NCBI GenBank assembly: GCA_947501105.1
Contig: CANMUP010000007.1
Coordinates: forward strand, 15,003 to 79,002
Length of the DNA: 64,000 nucleotides
DNA from: an uncultured Flaviramulus sp.
Lineage (GTDB): Bacteria > Bacteroidota > Bacteroidia > Flavobacteriales > Flavobacteriaceae
Direction: 5' to 3'
Shown here piece by piece: positions 29,001-38,564 of the stretch. A model generated the notes under the pieces. The model made no database searches, was not told the origin of the DNA, and worked only from the letters and a program-made list of their open reading frames with translations. How positions within the stretch are numbered: the stretch's first letter is position 1; each line of letters opens with the position of its first letter. Position numbers and translations under genes: made by a program.

Positions 29001-32000
29001 CATTTTTTAGCTCACCTGCATTTACTGGACTTGCTGCGGGAGATTATGATGTGGTCGTTCAATATACTTTTGGAACAGATGTGTGTGTAACACCACCACA
29101 ACTTGTATCTATTGTTGCTACAACTGCAATTTCAGGAACAGCAACATTAACTACGCCTTATACTTGTATAACTAACGGTGTTATAACAGTTTCTGGGGTT
29201 TCTGGTGGAAACCCACCGTATACTTATAGTCTTGATGGCTTTACTTTTCAACCAGGAACAACATTTTCTGGACTAACAGATGGTACTTATACAGTAACTA
29301 TTAGAGATGCAAATAATTGTACTTTTATTACTGCCCCAATAACTATTGATCCACTAAATCCGCCAACAGATTTAGCGTTTAGCAATACACCTTTAAGTTG
29401 TCCTACAATTACAACAGATGTTACAATTACTGGAACTACTGGTGGTACATTACCATTAGAGTACCAAATAATTGCTCCGGCTGCTTCGGTAACGGCATAT
29501 CAATCTTCTAATGTGTTTTTAGGATTATCACCCGATACCTATACATTTCAAGTAAGAGATGCAAATAATTGTGTATACAGTGAATCGTACACTATTGCTC
29601 CATTGCCACCAATTGCAGTAAGCACTGTTTTAACTAAAGATTTAGACTGTACGGTATCACCAGATGCTTCAATTGCAGGAACAATTTCTGGAGGTGTTTC
29701 ACCATTTACTTATGCTGTTTCATTTAATGGAGGAGCTTATACTTCTTTAGGAGCAACAGGCACTCCATTTACTTATACAACGTCTACAGATGGGACATAT
29801 CAATTTGAAGTAACTGATGCCAATGGATGTACTGCCATATCTAATGTACAAACTATAAATGCTATTACATTACCAGAAATTATTTCGGTAGTGCAAACAC
29901 AACCTATTTTATGTAGTGGAGATTCTAATGCGGCTATTCAAATAACCATTAATAATGCAGTAGGAACACCGCCTTTTGTAATTAATGTTAATAATGATAC
30001 AACAAGTACAGATTACGGTACACAAACAAGTGGTTTACCAGCAGGAACATACACAATTACATTAACAGATTCTAAATCTTGTACAGATACTGAAACCATT
30101 ACAATTACAGAACCTAACCCGATTACTTTTGATTTAACCAAGGTAGATATTACTTGTAATAATCCTGGAGGTTCAAGTTTAGGTTCAATTACTGTTGAAA
30201 ATGTTGTAGGAGGAACTGCTCCTTTTACATATTATATTACTAATAACTTTAATGATGTTATTCCTGGTAATCCATATTCAGCTGTATCAAATGAAAATCA
30301 TACATTCAATATTATCAATTTTGGTACCTACACTATAAATGTAGTTGATGATAATGGTTGTAGTCTTTCTCAGCAAATAGTTATCGCATCACCACCATCA
30401 GATTTACTTATTGATGTTACTACAGTAGTACCAGATTGTACTTCTGGAGGTACAGCAACTGTAGAAGCCATATCTGCTGTGGGTAGTGGCAGTTATGAGT
30501 TTGGTATTTTAGAATTTAATTTTGCTCCTTATACGTCAACATTTTTCCCTTCAGATGTAGGGTTCCCAAATAGAAGAACATTTACAAATCTAATACCAGG
30601 AGTTGTTTATACTTTTGTTGTACATGATCTTGTAACGGATTGTTATTATGTTAAATCTGCTGATGCACCAATAGCTCCAGCTTCAACTTTAACATCATCA
30701 GTGGTTCCTAATAATGTGGTATGTATTGGAGAAAGCAATGGTAGCGTAACTTTTACTATTGATAACTTTGATAGTACAACGACTTCAGTAGATTATACAA
30801 TTTATACCGCATTTACGAATGTATTAGTAGATGGACCAACAAATTTACCGGTTACTTTTGGAACGCCAGAAACGGTAACAACACCATCACCTGGAACACT
30901 AGCTGTAGGACAATATTATATTGTTTTTACTGAAAACGGAACAGGTTCATTTAATGGATGTCAATCTGCAACCGCAATTTTTGAAATTACCGAATCTGCA
31001 ATAGATTTAGATATAACTGCTACAGTTGACAAAAACGCAAATTGTAATCCTAATTCAGGGTTAATTAGTGCTATAGCTACAAACGGTACTGCACCATATT
31101 TATATCAAATTACAACATCGGCAGTTCCGCCATTGGCTACAGATCTTTCATGGGCATCTGCTAGTACTTTTAATGTTGATGCCAATAGTTATTATGTACA
31201 TGTTATAGATGCTAATGGCTGTATTAAGTCAACTCCAGTTATAGTTTTACCAGCAGACCCAGAACCAGTTATAACAGCTATAGTTACTAATCAATGTACG
31301 GTAACCGAAGGTAACTTTGAAATAGATGTTGTATTAACAACAGCAGGTATTGCACCATATAGTTATAGTATAGATGGTGGTGCATTTCAAACAGGTATAA
31401 CACCATTTACCGTATCAAATTTAGCATCTGGCACACACACTATCGAAGTTCAAGATGCTAATGGTTGCGGAAATTTAGTAACGGTAACTATAGAAGCACC
31501 AATAAATTTAATCCCAACGTTAACAGCATTAGCAACTTGTAATGATGATGATGGTGAAATTACTGTTGCAGGCTCAGGTGGGACAGGAATATATACATAT
31601 GCTATTAGCCCAAACCCTGCATCAATTAGTTTAAGTAGTAATGTGTTTTCGGGTGTGCCATCTGGTACATATACCGTAACAATAACAGATGCTACTACAT
31701 TATGTTCTGAAGATGCAACTATAGTTGTACCTACAGCAACGCTTCCAACAATAACCACAACACCAACTGCAGTAACGTGTTTTGGTGATAATAATGGTTC
31801 GATTGAATTGAATGTGAGTGGTTATTCAGGGTCATATAATTATGAAATATTTGATAGTTCTAGTGCCTCAGTTTTTGGTATTGTAGCTGCTAATACATCT
31901 ACAAATCCACAAATAGTAACAGGTCTTTTAGCAGGTAGTTACTCTGTTGTTATTACAGAAACTGCTAGCCCGTTTTGTTCTAATACAGCGAATGTAATTA

Positions 32001-34261
32001 TTGCATCACCAGCTGATGCTTTGTCTGTAGTAGCTACTGAAACCTCAAATGTAACTTGTGATGATAATAATGGAACAATTACTGCTGTTGGAAGCGGTGG
32101 TTGGGGAACTTATGAGTATGAGTTAACAGGAGCAGCAACAGTTGCATACTCGCCAAACGGAACATTTACTAATTTATCAGCAGGTATTTATACGGTTAAC
32201 GTTAGAGATGCCGGTGGTTGTATAGCATCCGATGGAGTAACATTAGTTATTCCACCTCCAATTACGGCTACAGCAACTGCAAATACTACGTTATTGTCTT
32301 GTTTTGGAGATACTAATGCATCAATAACAGTAAATGCTGTGAGTGGTGGACAAGGGAGCAACTACTCATATACATTAAATATGACCTCTCCAACAACCAG
32401 TACATCTGGCCCTCAGTCATCAAATGTGTTTAATGGATTAGGAGCAGGAACTTATAATATAGTGGTTACTGATGGATATAATTGTGTATTCACTTCAGCT
32501 GATGTTGTTATTGCTGAACCAACTCAAATACTAGCAAGTTTAGTTGTAGCAACAACGCCAACTTGTACTACAGATGCTACACTTACTTTAAGTGCAACTG
32601 GTGGAACAGGAACTTATGAGTACAGCAACTCTGCTACTTTTGCAACCGTTTTAGGTTCTTTTGCTTCATCTACAACAATTACTGGTGTAACACCAGGAAC
32701 CTATATGTATTATGTTAGAGATGCTAACGGTTGTATATCCATTGTTTCTAACGAAATAACAATAGATCCGCTACCAACATTATTAGTTAGCCTAGATACC
32801 ACTAATGCCTCAATTAATTGTGCTGGTGATAGTACAGGTGTAATTATAGCATCTGCTGAAGGTGGTTTAGGTAGTTATGTTTATACATTGCAAGATGGCT
32901 CAGGTACAGATATTGCCCCAGCACCAATACAAAGTAGTCCAGGAGTATTTACTGATTTACCAATTGGTACCTATCAAGTACAGGTAGATAGCGGAGACTG
33001 TTTATCTACAAGTGCACAAACAATAATTACAGAACCAGCAGCACCATTAATTGCAAACTTTACGGTAACAGATGTTACTTGTACAGGAAGTAATAATGGC
33101 GTGATGGAAATTACTGCTTCTGGCGGAACAGGAGTTATAAAATATGCTATTTCACCTCAATTAAATCAATTTTTTGACGCTCCTCTTTTTGAAGATTTAG
33201 CTCCAGGAACTTATCAAGCTATTGCTCAAGATGAATTAGGTTGTTTTGTTATTTTAGATTTCACTATTAACGAACCTATTCAAGTAACACTTAGTATTGT
33301 TCCAAACTCAATTATTCCAGAAGTTTGTAATGGCGATTTAGATGGCGAATTTAGTATTGAAATTTCTGGAGGAAACCTACCGTACAGTGTTAGTTTAGAC
33401 GATATTAATGGTACATATACAACAGGAACTTTAACACAAACCCAATTCGATTTTATAGGATTAGCTGGTGGCGACCATGTAGTATACGTACGTGATGCAC
33501 AAGGTTGTGAATCTGAATGGAATATCACATTTCCACCATCAGTATTAATAGATCCTATGGTTGTAGTTGATTATGGTTGTACAAATAATTTATCAACCAA
33601 CACAGTTACTGTTACGGTTGATGCTAGTGTAAACCCATCAGATTTAGACTATTCGTTAAACGGAGGGGCATATCAAGCGAGTAATGTATTTATAGATGTG
33701 CCACCAGGATTAAATCATTTTATAGATGTAAGACATACAAATGGGTGTATTGTTAGAACCGATACTTTCGATATTATTGCTTATGAGCCTTTATTATTGG
33801 TTTTAGAAGACGGTGCACTAAACGAAATTGTAGCTGTAGCTTCAGGAGGATCAGGAGATTATGAGTATACACTAAATGGTGTGTCCTATGGAAGTACTAA
33901 TACCTTCCTTATTTATGCGTCTGGTGATTATACAGTTACGGTAACAGATAGTAATGGTTGTGTTGCCATTGCTACTAGATATTTTGAATATGTTGATGTG
34001 TGTATCCCTAATTATTTTACACCTAATAATGATGGTGTTCTAGATGGATGGGGTCCAGGTTGTACAGATCAGTATAGAGATATGACGTTTGATATTTTTG
34101 ATAGATATGGTCGTAAAATAGCAACTTTACGCGTGGGACAAAAATGGGATGGAAAATACAATGGCAAAGAGCTTCCTACTGGCGATTACTGGTATGTAGT
34201 AAAATTAAATGATAATCTGGACGACCGTGAGTTTGTTGGACATTTTACACTGTACAGATAA
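26033..34261 (+). CDS. Large SprB-repeat adhesin with DUF11-like domain and T9SS type-B CTD (2742 aa)
   Basis: Signal peptide (AFS|Q); many C…G.I.V…SGG..PY.Y…G.Y.V.V.DANGC units; IPNYFTPNNDGVLDGW…IFDRYG…WDG.YNG..LPTGDYWY…GHFTLYR. Confidence 0.9.
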   Translation: MKKTTYVNIGLVVLFLLVSLQAFSQNFVPFTPRFNQDLKGDIVLIGNNILGPDNNAFNDNTVYNHNVDMQYIDIDGDASTFSSSSADLVIPDPNCYRIIHAGLYWGAVTNGPEPITNVKFRGPTGGYNDITGTVVFDANGTSVDGGDSFPYACYADVTSIVTSLGTDLGTYTVANVSSAEGQTDSYSPYNGTGHSAGWSLFIVYENPTLPGKSITSFDGFSAISLAGGNPALDIPVSGFRTVPAPAPVRANFAFATLEGDSPILGDQLLLNGVNLSTADRPATNFFNSSVTQLSATPVNNRNPNSTNTLGFDTGVMVVPNPGNTVIANDATSGTVRLETSGDTYFPYFYALAVDIIEPNIVLTKIVEDALGNDIGGQLVALGDELNYVIGFQNTGNDDATNLTIRDILPINIVFNYPADLGVLPPGVSVQSYNPVTREIIFSIDNSVVEENDPVQEIRIKVTVVQTCSLLNDACDNIISNQAFATYNGTLNPTFTISDDPSFNTNAGCLLNPSATNFLADIDCTFTEDVILCGASTVLTAGDGYDSYSWSTSPTGTPVIGTTQSITVTNVGTYYVRNTATAPCQSINQEFNVVTFGAGVTNPLIPFADQVVICPNDGKELPNFFLCGGGDTRYIQTNITDTSSIIWEKLDETSCAAVVDQDCANEDPGCTWNQVETGPNYLIDTAGQYRLTLNYTGGCFNQFYFNVYTNLLVPTVTSRDIYCTTPGEIVVGGVPSGYEYSIDGTNYQASNVFSITTPNIYSVYVRQIGVTPNPCIFSVPDVQIRERDFTVSTIITQPYCNGELGSVVLAANDVRPQYFFSIYDGATLVNSVGPINDNNYTFSNLNPGTYTVNVSTEDGCIYSGNIDIINPPLLEATSALTKPLTCTDGEITVYPVGGTPPYFYFVNSTTVFQTTPIINVPNAGVYNITVVDSNNCSADTSITVDATPAPDFNVTKTDILCSDDGNVGAINVNVTNPNGNSLQYSIDNGVTFFSSPAFTGLAAGDYDVVVQYTFGTDVCVTPPQLVSIVATTAISGTATLTTPYTCITNGVITVSGVSGGNPPYTYSLDGFTFQPGTTFSGLTDGTYTVTIRDANNCTFITAPITIDPLNPPTDLAFSNTPLSCPTITTDVTITGTTGGTLPLEYQIIAPAASVTAYQSSNVFLGLSPDTYTFQVRDANNCVYSESYTIAPLPPIAVSTVLTKDLDCTVSPDASIAGTISGGVSPFTYAVSFNGGAYTSLGATGTPFTYTTSTDGTYQFEVTDANGCTAISNVQTINAITLPEIISVVQTQPILCSGDSNAAIQITINNAVGTPPFVINVNNDTTSTDYGTQTSGLPAGTYTITLTDSKSCTDTETITITEPNPITFDLTKVDITCNNPGGSSLGSITVENVVGGTAPFTYYITNNFNDVIPGNPYSAVSNENHTFNIINFGTYTINVVDDNGCSLSQQIVIASPPSDLLIDVTTVVPDCTSGGTATVEAISAVGSGSYEFGILEFNFAPYTSTFFPSDVGFPNRRTFTNLIPGVVYTFVVHDLVTDCYYVKSADAPIAPASTLTSSVVPNNVVCIGESNGSVTFTIDNFDSTTTSVDYTIYTAFTNVLVDGPTNLPVTFGTPETVTTPSPGTLAVGQYYIVFTENGTGSFNGCQSATAIFEITESAIDLDITATVDKNANCNPNSGLISAIATNGTAPYLYQITTSAVPPLATDLSWASASTFNVDANSYYVHVIDANGCIKSTPVIVLPADPEPVITAIVTNQCTVTEGNFEIDVVLTTAGIAPYSYSIDGGAFQTGITPFTVSNLASGTHTIEVQDANGCGNLVTVTIEAPINLIPTLTALATCNDDDGEITVAGSGGTGIYTYAISPNPASISLSSNVFSGVPSGTYTVTITDATTLCSEDATIVVPTATLPTITTTPTAVTCFGDNNGSIELNVSGYSGSYNYEIFDSSSASVFGIVAANTSTNPQIVTGLLAGSYSVVITETASPFCSNTANVIIASPADALSVVATETSNVTCDDNNGTITAVGSGGWGTYEYELTGAATVAYSPNGTFTNLSAGIYTVNVRDAGGCIASDGVTLVIPPPITATATANTTLLSCFGDTNASITVNAVSGGQGSNYSYTLNMTSPTTSTSGPQSSNVFNGLGAGTYNIVVTDGYNCVFTSADVVIAEPTQILASLVVATTPTCTTDATLTLSATGGTGTYEYSNSATFATVLGSFASSTTITGVTPGTYMYYVRDANGCISIVSNEITIDPLPTLLVSLDTTNASINCAGDSTGVIIASAEGGLGSYVYTLQDGSGTDIAPAPIQSSPGVFTDLPIGTYQVQVDSGDCLSTSAQTIITEPAAPLIANFTVTDVTCTGSNNGVMEITASGGTGVIKYAISPQLNQFFDAPLFEDLAPGTYQAIAQDELGCFVILDFTINEPIQVTLSIVPNSIIPEVCNGDLDGEFSIEISGGNLPYSVSLDDINGTYTTGTLTQTQFDFIGLAGGDHVVYVRDAQGCESEWNITFPPSVLIDPMVVVDYGCTNNLSTNTVTVTVDASVNPSDLDYSLNGGAYQASNVFIDVPPGLNHFIDVRHTNGCIVRTDTFDIIAYEPLLLVLEDGALNEIVAVASGGSGDYEYTLNGVSYGSTNTFLIYASGDYTVTVTDSNGCVAIATRYFEYVDVCIPNYFTPNNDGVLDGWGPGCTDQYRDMTFDIFDRYGRKIATLRVGQKWDGKYNGKELPTGDYWYVVKLNDNLDDREFVGHFTLYR

Positions 34262-34281
34262 AACCCTCAAAAAAAATTAAA

Positions 34282-35265
34282 ATGAAAAAACTAATCATAT
34301 ATATTCTTTTTATTACTGTAACGTGTAGTTATAGCCAAGAGTTAAATTTGCCTGTTTTTACACAGTATTTGGCAGATAACGAATTTGTTATATCTCCAGC
34401 TTATGCAGGTATTGGTGATAATTTAAAAATTAGAGCTAACGGATTAACCCAATGGGTTGGTATAAAAGGAGCTCCAGATAATCAATCTATTTATGGTGAT
34501 TTTAGAATTGCAGATCGTTCGGGTATTGGTGTCTCTCTTTATAATGATAGAAACGGAAATACTATCCAAACAGGAGCTAAATTCTCATTTGCGCATCATT
34601 TGGTTTTAGATTATTACACAAAACAATATTTGTCATTTGGTATTTCGTATAACCTAAATAATTTCAGAATAGATATTAATAATTTCAATACAGGTTATGA
34701 AAATCCAATTATAGACCCTTTTGTTACTGATGATAGGCGGACATCAAATCATAATTTTGATGTGAGTGCACTTTACAGATATAAAGGATTCTTTGTTAGT
34801 TTTAATGCTAATAATATATTAGATAAAGACTTTGATAGTTCTTTAAGAAAATTAGAACCTAATTTACTTTCTAACTATCAAGTATATTCTGGTTTTACTT
34901 TTAGAGGTCCGAAAAAGAGTGGTTTAGAATACGAACCTTCTATCTTTTATCAATTATTTAGTAGTGATAAGCGTTCTGCTACCGACTTTAATTTTAAATT
35001 TAGAAAGTATAATAAGAATGATGATTATTATTGGGCAGGTATATCTTACCGTTTTCTAAATGATCAATTTTTTAAACCCCTTAACGTGGGTCCTATGGCT
35101 GGTTTCAAAAAGAGACAGTTCTACTTTGGTTATGCTTACCAAGTAACTATTAATGATTTGTCAAGATTTAATTCAGGTACCCATGTTGTTACCATAGGAA
35201 TAGACTTTCTGCAAGGTATTAGTAATTGTCCATGTACCCAAAGTGCGGTTCGTAAGTCATTTTAA
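34282..35265 (+). CDS. PorP/SprF-family T9SS membrane protein
   Basis: QYLADN.F.ISPAYAG, QWVGIKGAP, GYAYQ…GTH..TIG; directly after type-B CTD gene. Confidence 0.88.
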   Translation: MKKLIIYILFITVTCSYSQELNLPVFTQYLADNEFVISPAYAGIGDNLKIRANGLTQWVGIKGAPDNQSIYGDFRIADRSGIGVSLYNDRNGNTIQTGAKFSFAHHLVLDYYTKQYLSFGISYNLNNFRIDINNFNTGYENPIIDPFVTDDRRTSNHNFDVSALYRYKGFFVSFNANNILDKDFDSSLRKLEPNLLSNYQVYSGFTFRGPKKSGLEYEPSIFYQLFSSDKRSATDFNFKFRKYNKNDDYYWAGISYRFLNDQFFKPLNVGPMAGFKKRQFYFGYAYQVTINDLSRFNSGTHVVTIGIDFLQGISNCPCTQSAVRKSF

Positions 35266-35287
35266 TGTGTTCTATTAAATCTAAGAG

Positions 35288-35872
35288 TTACAATTTAAAA
35301 CCTTCAATTTTTACTGAAGTAATTTCTAAAGTTGCTTTTGCAACAGGATTGTAATTAACAAAATTGAATTTGCATAAATTATTAATGTCTAATAGTTTTC
35401 CATCCGATTTTCCATCTAATCTAAAATCTGTCCATGGTATATTTACAGTAGTAAATTTTTCTGGAGAAGCTTGTAAATCAACTCTTGGGTGCGACCCGCC
35501 ATGTATACAACCAGTACCAGATTTATTTCCTTCTCGTGCCTGTAGCTTTATAAGGTGAGATGATTTGTAGGTAAGCTGTAAAAAAGTAGAATTATTATTA
35601 AGCTTAGTTGTTGGACCATCATTTGAAGAAGATGGCGTAATCATAACATTTAACTCTATTTCACCAGTAGGTAAATTATTTGCTGTTACTTGAACAACAC
35701 CATTTTTTTTTCGAAAATTATTTATTTTATCTTCAGTTTCTATAGTTGGACCAGAAAGGTACCAATCATTCGATAGAACTAAATTTGTAGAGCTATTTAT
35801 ATGCTCTTTGAGAGTAGATTTACAGCTTAACAGAATAAAAGATAAAATAAACAACATTAAGAATGACTTCAT
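35288..35872 (-). CDS. Hypothetical lipoprotein, possible CBM11/CIA30-like galactose-binding fold
   Basis: Lipobox LLSC; FTTVNIPWTDF…LDINNL.KFNF…LEITSVKI. Confidence 0.5.
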   Translation of the reverse strand: MKSFLMLFILSFILLSCKSTLKEHINSSTNLVLSNDWYLSGPTIETEDKINNFRKKNGVVQVTANNLPTGEIELNVMITPSSSNDGPTTKLNNNSTFLQLTYKSSHLIKLQAREGNKSGTGCIHGGSHPRVDLQASPEKFTTVNIPWTDFRLDGKSDGKLLDINNLCKFNFVNYNPVAKATLEITSVKIEGFKL

Positions 35873-35908
35873 AGTCTATAGGTTATTTTTGAAATATAAG
35901 TAGCATAT

Positions 35909-36973
35909 TTATTTCCATGTTCTTTGAAGAAATTTTATAAAGTTTTCACTCATTATGTTTTCTATATCTTCCTTTGAATACCCTTTTTTTGATAGCATTT
36001 CTGGAATTTTTTGAAGGTCAGCTATAGTCTCTAAGTCACTAGGTGACTGTTCTTTTCCAAAAGCGCCATCTAAGTCAGTTCCTATACCAACATGCAACGA
36101 ATTCCCAGAAAGTTGACAAATATGGTCTATATTATCAATCATTTGATTTAAAGTAACACCCATACTTTCGGGAGTAGATTCTCCGCGGATCCAATTTGGA
36201 ACCATCATCCACGCATCTAAAGCTATTCCTATAACAGCATCTCTATTTATTAATTCAATAATTTGTTCATCTGCAAATTGTCTATTATGATTTACAAACT
36301 TTCTACAATTATTATGGCTAGCCCAAATAGGACCATTGTATGACTTCATAGTTTCCCAAAAGCTTACATCGCATAAATGTGTAGCATCGAGAATTAAATT
36401 TAATTCCTCAATTTTTTTAAGCAAAGCTTTTCCTTTAATACCAATACCACCAATCGAATCGGTACCATGTGCATAAGTGCCAGGGCCATAATGTGCAGGC
36501 CCAATAGCTCGAAGCCCTTGTTCATATGATTTTTCTAAATAATCAATATTTACAATAGAATCGGCACCTTCCAAACTTAAAATATATCCAATGGGCTTTT
36601 TAGCTGTATTTTGCTTCCATAAACTTAAATGATTGTTCAATTGTTCTAGATTAGTAATTTGAGCCATTTCACCAATATCTTCCATGGCTTTGTACCAAGC
36701 TAACTGCCCTTGGGTTTGTGCCCATGCTTGTTGAGGTGAGTTCCAACCAGGTAATAAACTTCCTTTTTTTACATATCTAGCAATTTGAGTTGCTACGCAG
36801 AGACCAATATTTCCTTTTCGCATAGCATCTAAAGAAACCGTATTTTTTGCTCTATCTGGCTTATCAGTCATTCCTATTTCACTATGTCTTATGTCTTCAA
36901 CAGTCCAAGTTAAATCCCGATTCCATTCTAAGGCATTCATTGCAAGATCTAAATGAGCGTCTAGTATAAACAT
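35909..36973 (-). CDS. Membrane dipeptidase (peptidase M19)-like amidohydrolase
   Basis: DAHLD, LSLEGAD, LDATH, WASHNN, HVGIGTDLDG. Confidence 0.85.
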   Translation of the reverse strand: MFILDAHLDLAMNALEWNRDLTWTVEDIRHSEIGMTDKPDRAKNTVSLDAMRKGNIGLCVATQIARYVKKGSLLPGWNSPQQAWAQTQGQLAWYKAMEDIGEMAQITNLEQLNNHLSLWKQNTAKKPIGYILSLEGADSIVNIDYLEKSYEQGLRAIGPAHYGPGTYAHGTDSIGGIGIKGKALLKKIEELNLILDATHLCDVSFWETMKSYNGPIWASHNNCRKFVNHNRQFADEQIIELINRDAVIGIALDAWMMVPNWIRGESTPESMGVTLNQMIDNIDHICQLSGNSLHVGIGTDLDGAFGKEQSPSDLETIADLQKIPEMLSKKGYSKEDIENIMSENFIKFLQRTWK

Positions 36974-36986
36974 TCTATGGTTTAAT

Positions 36987-38099
36987 TTATATGGTTATTT
37001 TATAATCTCTAGCAGCTACTTTCCATGAGCCTGCTATTTTATTGTTTGAAACAGTGAAAACTTCACTGTACTTAATTACTGTAGGACATATGTGCATTGG
37101 TACTGCATAACAAACATCTCCTATTTTATACTTGTCTGAAGCATTACACTCTAAAACTAAATGCTCTTCGCTGTGACTCATTTGTTTACAATCATGAATA
37201 TTTAATATTTCCATTCTAGGGAATGTCATTTCAGCAGCAACTGATTTATGACCCAAGTCTAAACAAATGAAATTTTCTTTGGGTTTGCTAATAATACTTC
37301 CCAATAAAACTGCCGCTGGAAGAAAAGGTAAATCTATAAAGGCATTTTTATAACCTTGATCCCATAGCAATGGTGTTCCAGGGCTAACTTCAACATGCTT
37401 TCTTTTTGCATGAATAGGGAAACATGGTGTGCCGCCAGCTACAATAAAGGGAACTTTAAGCTCAGAGTCTTCTATATCGTTTTTTAGATCTGAAATAATT
37501 TTGAAAGCATTATTGCATGTTTTTTCGCGTAAGCTTAAATCTGAGTCTTTAATATGCCCGTCGTAAACATGTAAACCTTTAGCTGTTAAGTTAGAATTTG
37601 TAGCAATGCTTTTGTATAGTTTTAAAGCCATTACTTTATCAGAAACTCCCGTTCTGTTCATACCATTATTAACATCTAGCCATAACGGAATAGTCATATT
37701 CTTTTCTGAAGCTATTTTTGAAATTTCTTCTATTGTTTCATAGCTATCTATAATGGTTGAAAATTCAGAGTTTGGATACTTTTTAATCAACTGAAAAAAT
37801 CTGTGAATATTAACCCCAACAGGCTGTAGCGCTAAAAGAATATCCTTGGCTTTGCATATGGCTAAAAGTTCTGCTTCGGCAATGGTAGCACACTTAAACT
37901 TAGTAATACCATATTTTAATTGCAGCTTTATGATTTCAGCAATTTTATGGGTTTTTATATGTGGACGCAAATTTTCAGTACCACCAGCAATTTTAATCAT
38001 GGTTTGAATATTCTTTTCAATCCTTTCTGGATAAACCAAAAGGGAAGGCGTAATCAAATCTTCTGCATTGCTAATTTTATACCAATCTGGGTTTTGCAT
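36987..38099 (-). CDS. D-threonine aldolase / D-serine dehydratase-family PLP enzyme
   Basis: LRPHIKTHK (PLP Lys), GLHVYDGH, AGGTP, EVSPGT, DLGHKS, SEEH, PMHICPT. Confidence 0.88.
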   Translation of the reverse strand: MQNPDWYKISNAEDLITPSLLVYPERIEKNIQTMIKIAGGTENLRPHIKTHKIAEIIKLQLKYGITKFKCATIAEAELLAICKAKDILLALQPVGVNIHRFFQLIKKYPNSEFSTIIDSYETIEEISKIASEKNMTIPLWLDVNNGMNRTGVSDKVMALKLYKSIATNSNLTAKGLHVYDGHIKDSDLSLREKTCNNAFKIISDLKNDIEDSELKVPFIVAGGTPCFPIHAKRKHVEVSPGTPLLWDQGYKNAFIDLPFLPAAVLLGSIISKPKENFICLDLGHKSVAAEMTFPRMEILNIHDCKQMSHSEEHLVLECNASDKYKIGDVCYAVPMHICPTVIKYSEVFTVSNNKIAGSWKVAARDYKITI

Positions 38100-38102
38100 A
38101 GT

Positions 38103-38561
38103 TTAATATAATTCAAACATAACTTCAACTTCTACAGGAATACCATCAGGAAGCATCATGCCCACTGCGCTTCTTACACCAATTCCATGCTCTTCTCCAA
38201 AAACATCAGCCATAAGCTCACTAAATCCATTTATAACATAGGGATGATTGATGAAATCTGGTGTACAATTTACCATACCAAAAACTTTAACTACTCTTTT
38301 AATTTTATTTAAACTTCCAAAATGAGTAATTATAGATGAAAGCACTGTTAAACCAACTTGTCTAGCAGCCACTTTTGCTTCTTCATCGCTAATATTATCT
38401 CCTGCTCGACCTTGCATAAGGCTACCATCAATATTTACAGGGCCATGGCCAGAAATATATAGAAATTTATCTACAACTAACAACGGTTTGTATACTCCTG
38501 CTGGTTTGGGGGCTGGTGGAAATTTTAATCCTAATGCTTTTACTTTTTCTGATGGTAACAT
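38103..38561 (-). CDS. RidA/YjgF-family protein
   Basis: P.PAGVY.P…LYISGHGP…VINGFS.L..DVFG…RSAVG…VEVE. Confidence 0.88.
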   Translation of the reverse strand: MLPSEKVKALGLKFPPAPKPAGVYKPLLVVDKFLYISGHGPVNIDGSLMQGRAGDNISDEEAKVAARQVGLTVLSSIITHFGSLNKIKRVVKVFGMVNCTPDFINHPYVINGFSELMADVFGEEHGIGVRSAVGMMLPDGIPVEVEVMFELY

Positions 38562-38564
38562 ATT

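Noticed and set aside
28000-34000. Recurrent GATGCTAATGG-type motifs resembling a repeat array
   Set aside because: These encode DANGC of SprB-like units, with irregular long spacing inside an ORF; not CRISPR.
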